Shown in pieces: positions 44,264 through 46,147 of a DNA stretch of 46,147 nt. The stretch covers positions 1-46,147 of the IMG/VR virus record IMGVR_UViG_3300046779_000463. The stretch is one strand, 5' to 3'. This DNA is from a virus. Taxonomy: Duplodnaviria > Caudoviricetes. A program made the translations under genes and the position numbers. Every line of letters begins with the position of its first letter. The stretch's first letter is position 1. A model generated the notes under the pieces. It had not been told where the DNA came from. It was given only the letters and a program-made list of their open reading frames with translations, and did not search any database.

Positions 44264-44735
44264 GGCATTTTTAAAATTACTAGATAAACTCGGACGTAAA
44301 CGAATTGTTATGGATCGTCAAGATAACGAGCCATATTTGGAGAGATATTATGTTTTTCTTAAGGACAGAAAGTGGTTTCCATTTAATGTGTTTGTACATA
44401 AGTTTCTTAAATCAGATCCCGATGATGTGCATGATCATCCATGGCCTTACGCTACTTTGATTCTCAAAGGCGGATATTGGGAATGGTTGCCACAGTTTAA
44501 CAAAGAAGGCAAGAAATTTGGAGAAATAGCCGTATGGAGAGGGCCTGGCCATTTCCGTATGTGTAAAGCAGAAAGTTATCACAGAATTGAACTCGATCCC
44601 GGAGTTGAATGTTGGACGCTTTTCATGCCTGGACCACAAAAGAGAGAATGGGGATTTCTCGTTAATAATAAATGGATTCCAAATGACAACTACCTACAGC
44701 ACAAGTCAGCCAGTCATAAATCTGCCTTATCCTAA
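44256..44735 (+). CDS. Cupin-like metal-binding protein
   Basis: 'HDHPW', 'GGY.E', 'HRIEL', 'WTLF..GP..REWGF'. Confidence 0.65.
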   Translation: MFKAFLKLLDKLGRKRIVMDRQDNEPYLERYYVFLKDRKWFPFNVFVHKFLKSDPDDVHDHPWPYATLILKGGYWEWLPQFNKEGKKFGEIAVWRGPGHFRMCKAESYHRIELDPGVECWTLFMPGPQKREWGFLVNNKWIPNDNYLQHKSASHKSALS

Positions 44736-45066
44736 CACAGTCAGTACTACTGGAATAACTTATACAATGAGCTATCAGTCGCCGCCGAGTAATTTTCATG
44801 ATGGGACTGATCCTGTTATGGTTATTCCGCATGGTTCCAAAAGTGTTCAGATTCCAAAAACTGCCACACTCGATGTTATTGGCACAGTAAAAATAAACGG
44901 ATTAGACTTAGAAGAACGGTTAAACACAATCGAAACACTATTGCAAATTCCGCAAAGAGATGTTACAATGGAGTCTAAATATCCGAAACTTGCAGAACTG
45001 TACAAACAGTATATGCGAGAATTGGAAAAACTTAAAACTTGGGACGCACTAAAGGAATCCAAATGA
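44683..45066 (+). CDS. Hypothetical protein with Ser/Thr-rich N-terminus
   Basis: Start at ATG 44683; C-terminal 'MESKYPKLAELYKQY'. Confidence 0.55.
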   Translation: MTTTYSTSQPVINLPYPNTVSTTGITYTMSYQSPPSNFHDGTDPVMVIPHGSKSVQIPKTATLDVIGTVKINGLDLEERLNTIETLLQIPQRDVTMESKYPKLAELYKQYMRELEKLKTWDALKESK

Positions 45067-45320
45067 CTGAAGAAAAGAACTTTAAAATTGAATTTGCACC
45101 TGGTTGTTTTAACCAGTTCGAAGGTACACAAGAAGAACTAGACGGACTTGTTGCAGAAATTCAAAAAATGTTCGAAGGTAAAACTCGCGAAGAAATCGAA
45201 GCAATGAGTCGTCCACTATCCGACGAGGACTTCGACGATTTGCCCGACGAAGTTAAAGAACAACTTGCAAACTTTGATTCCGAAGATTTGGCAGATGAAT
45301 TTAAAAGGAAATTACAATGA
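45063..45320 (+). CDS. Acidic hypothetical protein
   Basis: ATG 45063 after AAGGA; ATGA overlap. Confidence 0.65.
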   Translation: MTEEKNFKIEFAPGCFNQFEGTQEELDGLVAEIQKMFEGKTREEIEAMSRPLSDEDFDDLPDEVKEQLANFDSEDLADEFKRKLQ

Positions 45321-45553
45321 GAGAATTACACCCAGACGTTGCTCAATCAGCAAAAGAGATGACTATTAAAGAAAGCGAAGGTTTTAGACTTCGTATGGAA
45401 AAGTGGGAGGCAATTAGCCCTAAGGGATTGTTTGCCGTTGATCTTATCCAAGAAAGTCTAGACGAAGACGGAAATGTAAAGTACGCAAGTACATACAATT
45501 TCAATATGACTAAGGAAGAATTGCAAGCTCTCGCTTATGGTTTAACTTCATGA
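45317..45553 (+). CDS. Hypothetical protein
   Basis: ATGA overlaps at both ends. Confidence 0.65.
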   Translation: MRELHPDVAQSAKEMTIKESEGFRLRMEKWEAISPKGLFAVDLIQESLDEDGNVKYASTYNFNMTKEELQALAYGLTS

Positions 45554-46107
45554 AGAAAGTTTTCTATTCTTGGCTCGACGTGCAAGGAGCAGTTTTAGAC
45601 ATTGCTCGACAAATGTCAGCACACGAGTGGAGACCCGACTATATTGTAGGTATTACCCGAGGCGGACTTATTCCTGCTAATTTGCTAAGTCAATATACTG
45701 GCATTAAGATGCATACACTTAATGTCAGTCTTCGCGACGGCGATGGTGGCGAGAGCAATTTATGGATGGCTGAAGATGCTATCGGTGTTGTGCCTAGCGA
45801 ACGTAGTGCAGAGTTTGGCGGGCATAAGCATGTAGAACGTCTTAAAAAGAAAATCCTTATTGTCGACGATATCAACGATACAGGTGCTACTATTAATTGG
45901 ATTAAGAAAGACTGGCCTAGTGGTTGCTTTCCTAGTTCTGACGAATGGAGTCAAGTATGGGGAGATAATGTTCGATTTGCTGTATTAACACACAACTATG
46001 GTAGTCAGTTTAAAGACCCCGACTATCATGCATGGACTGTAGATAAGCGCCAAGATGACTGTTGGTTAGTTTATCCGTGGGAGGAGTTTTGGAGAAATGG
46101 CAACTGA
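45550..46107 (+). CDS. Purine phosphoribosyltransferase (Gpt-like, type I PRT)
   Basis: 'IVGITRGG..PA', PRPP loop 'ILIVDDINDTGAT', 'W.VYPWE'. Confidence 0.85.
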   Translation: MKKVFYSWLDVQGAVLDIARQMSAHEWRPDYIVGITRGGLIPANLLSQYTGIKMHTLNVSLRDGDGGESNLWMAEDAIGVVPSERSAEFGGHKHVERLKKKILIVDDINDTGATINWIKKDWPSGCFPSSDEWSQVWGDNVRFAVLTHNYGSQFKDPDYHAWTVDKRQDDCWLVYPWEEFWRNGN

Positions 46108-46147
46108 TTTGGAGAGAGCACTCGATGAACGACAAGTACCTTGGAAA
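46097..46147 (+). CDS. Partial ORF running off the window (MATDLERALDERQVPWK...)
   Basis: GGAG RBS; overlaps the PRT stop. Confidence 0.5.
   Translation, partial: MATDLERALDERQVPWK

Noticed and set aside
3588-45062. Track start codons at 3588, 14016, 14096, 14619, 26437, 31461, 31775, 42192, 42787, 44247, 44587 and 45039
   Set aside because: Downstream starts have an RBS or stop/start coupling, so those were used instead.
196-45954. Numerous 60-160 aa minus-strand and alternate-frame ORFs in the track
   Set aside because: They overlap well-supported genes and have shadow-like composition. Only phoH is credible on the minus strand.
1-46147. CRISPR array, tRNA or rRNA genes, transposase or integrase
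   Set aside because: No regularly spaced repeats, cloverleaf with T-loop consensus or recombinase motifs found by eye. A tRNAscan run would be needed to exclude tRNAs fully.
1-46147. Stop-codon reassignment as in some large phages
   Set aside because: Genes are full-length and tightly packed in the standard code; TAA and TGA end most genes and TAG ends at least one.

Overview
This 46 kb window is an AT-rich, gene-dense segment of a large T4-like ('jumbo'-type) tailed dsDNA phage, read in the standard code and almost entirely on the + strand. A spanin pair points to a Gram-negative host. From left to right it carries: (1) tail fibre and baseplate structural genes (1-9.5 kb); (2) a truncated DnaE piece, GroES, a MazG-like enzyme, a cytidylyltransferase, a clamp loader, dCMP deaminase and PhoH (9.5-14 kb); (3) a lysis cassette with GH19 endolysin, two spanins and a holin (15.4-18.2 kb); (4) a DnaJ-deformylase-ClpA proteostasis operon (18.2-21.8 kb); (5) an ~11 kb array of apparent head-packaged proteins built from short modules joined at (L/I/V/F)-x-E sites, including three consecutive nucleotidyl-transfer enzymes of different folds, with Dps and a structured intergenic RNA embedded (22.4-33.8 kb); (6) DsbA-like protein, family B DNA polymerase and probable sliding clamp (33.9-38 kb); (7) a putative 7-deazaguanine DNA modification cluster combining TGT/DpdA-like and QueD-like genes with two oxidoreductases, a glycosyltransferase, a cupin and a phosphoribosyltransferase (38.1-46.1 kb). 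Regulatory signals are unusually readable: near-consensus sigma70 promoters (two apparently leaderless), a GATAAATA late-promoter motif sometimes set in RBS-occluding hairpins, and twin same-loop hairpins before the polymerase. The best novelty candidates are the protease-processed polyprotein array and the possibly glycosylating deazaguanine cluster. All family calls come from motifs recognised by eye, not from database searches.
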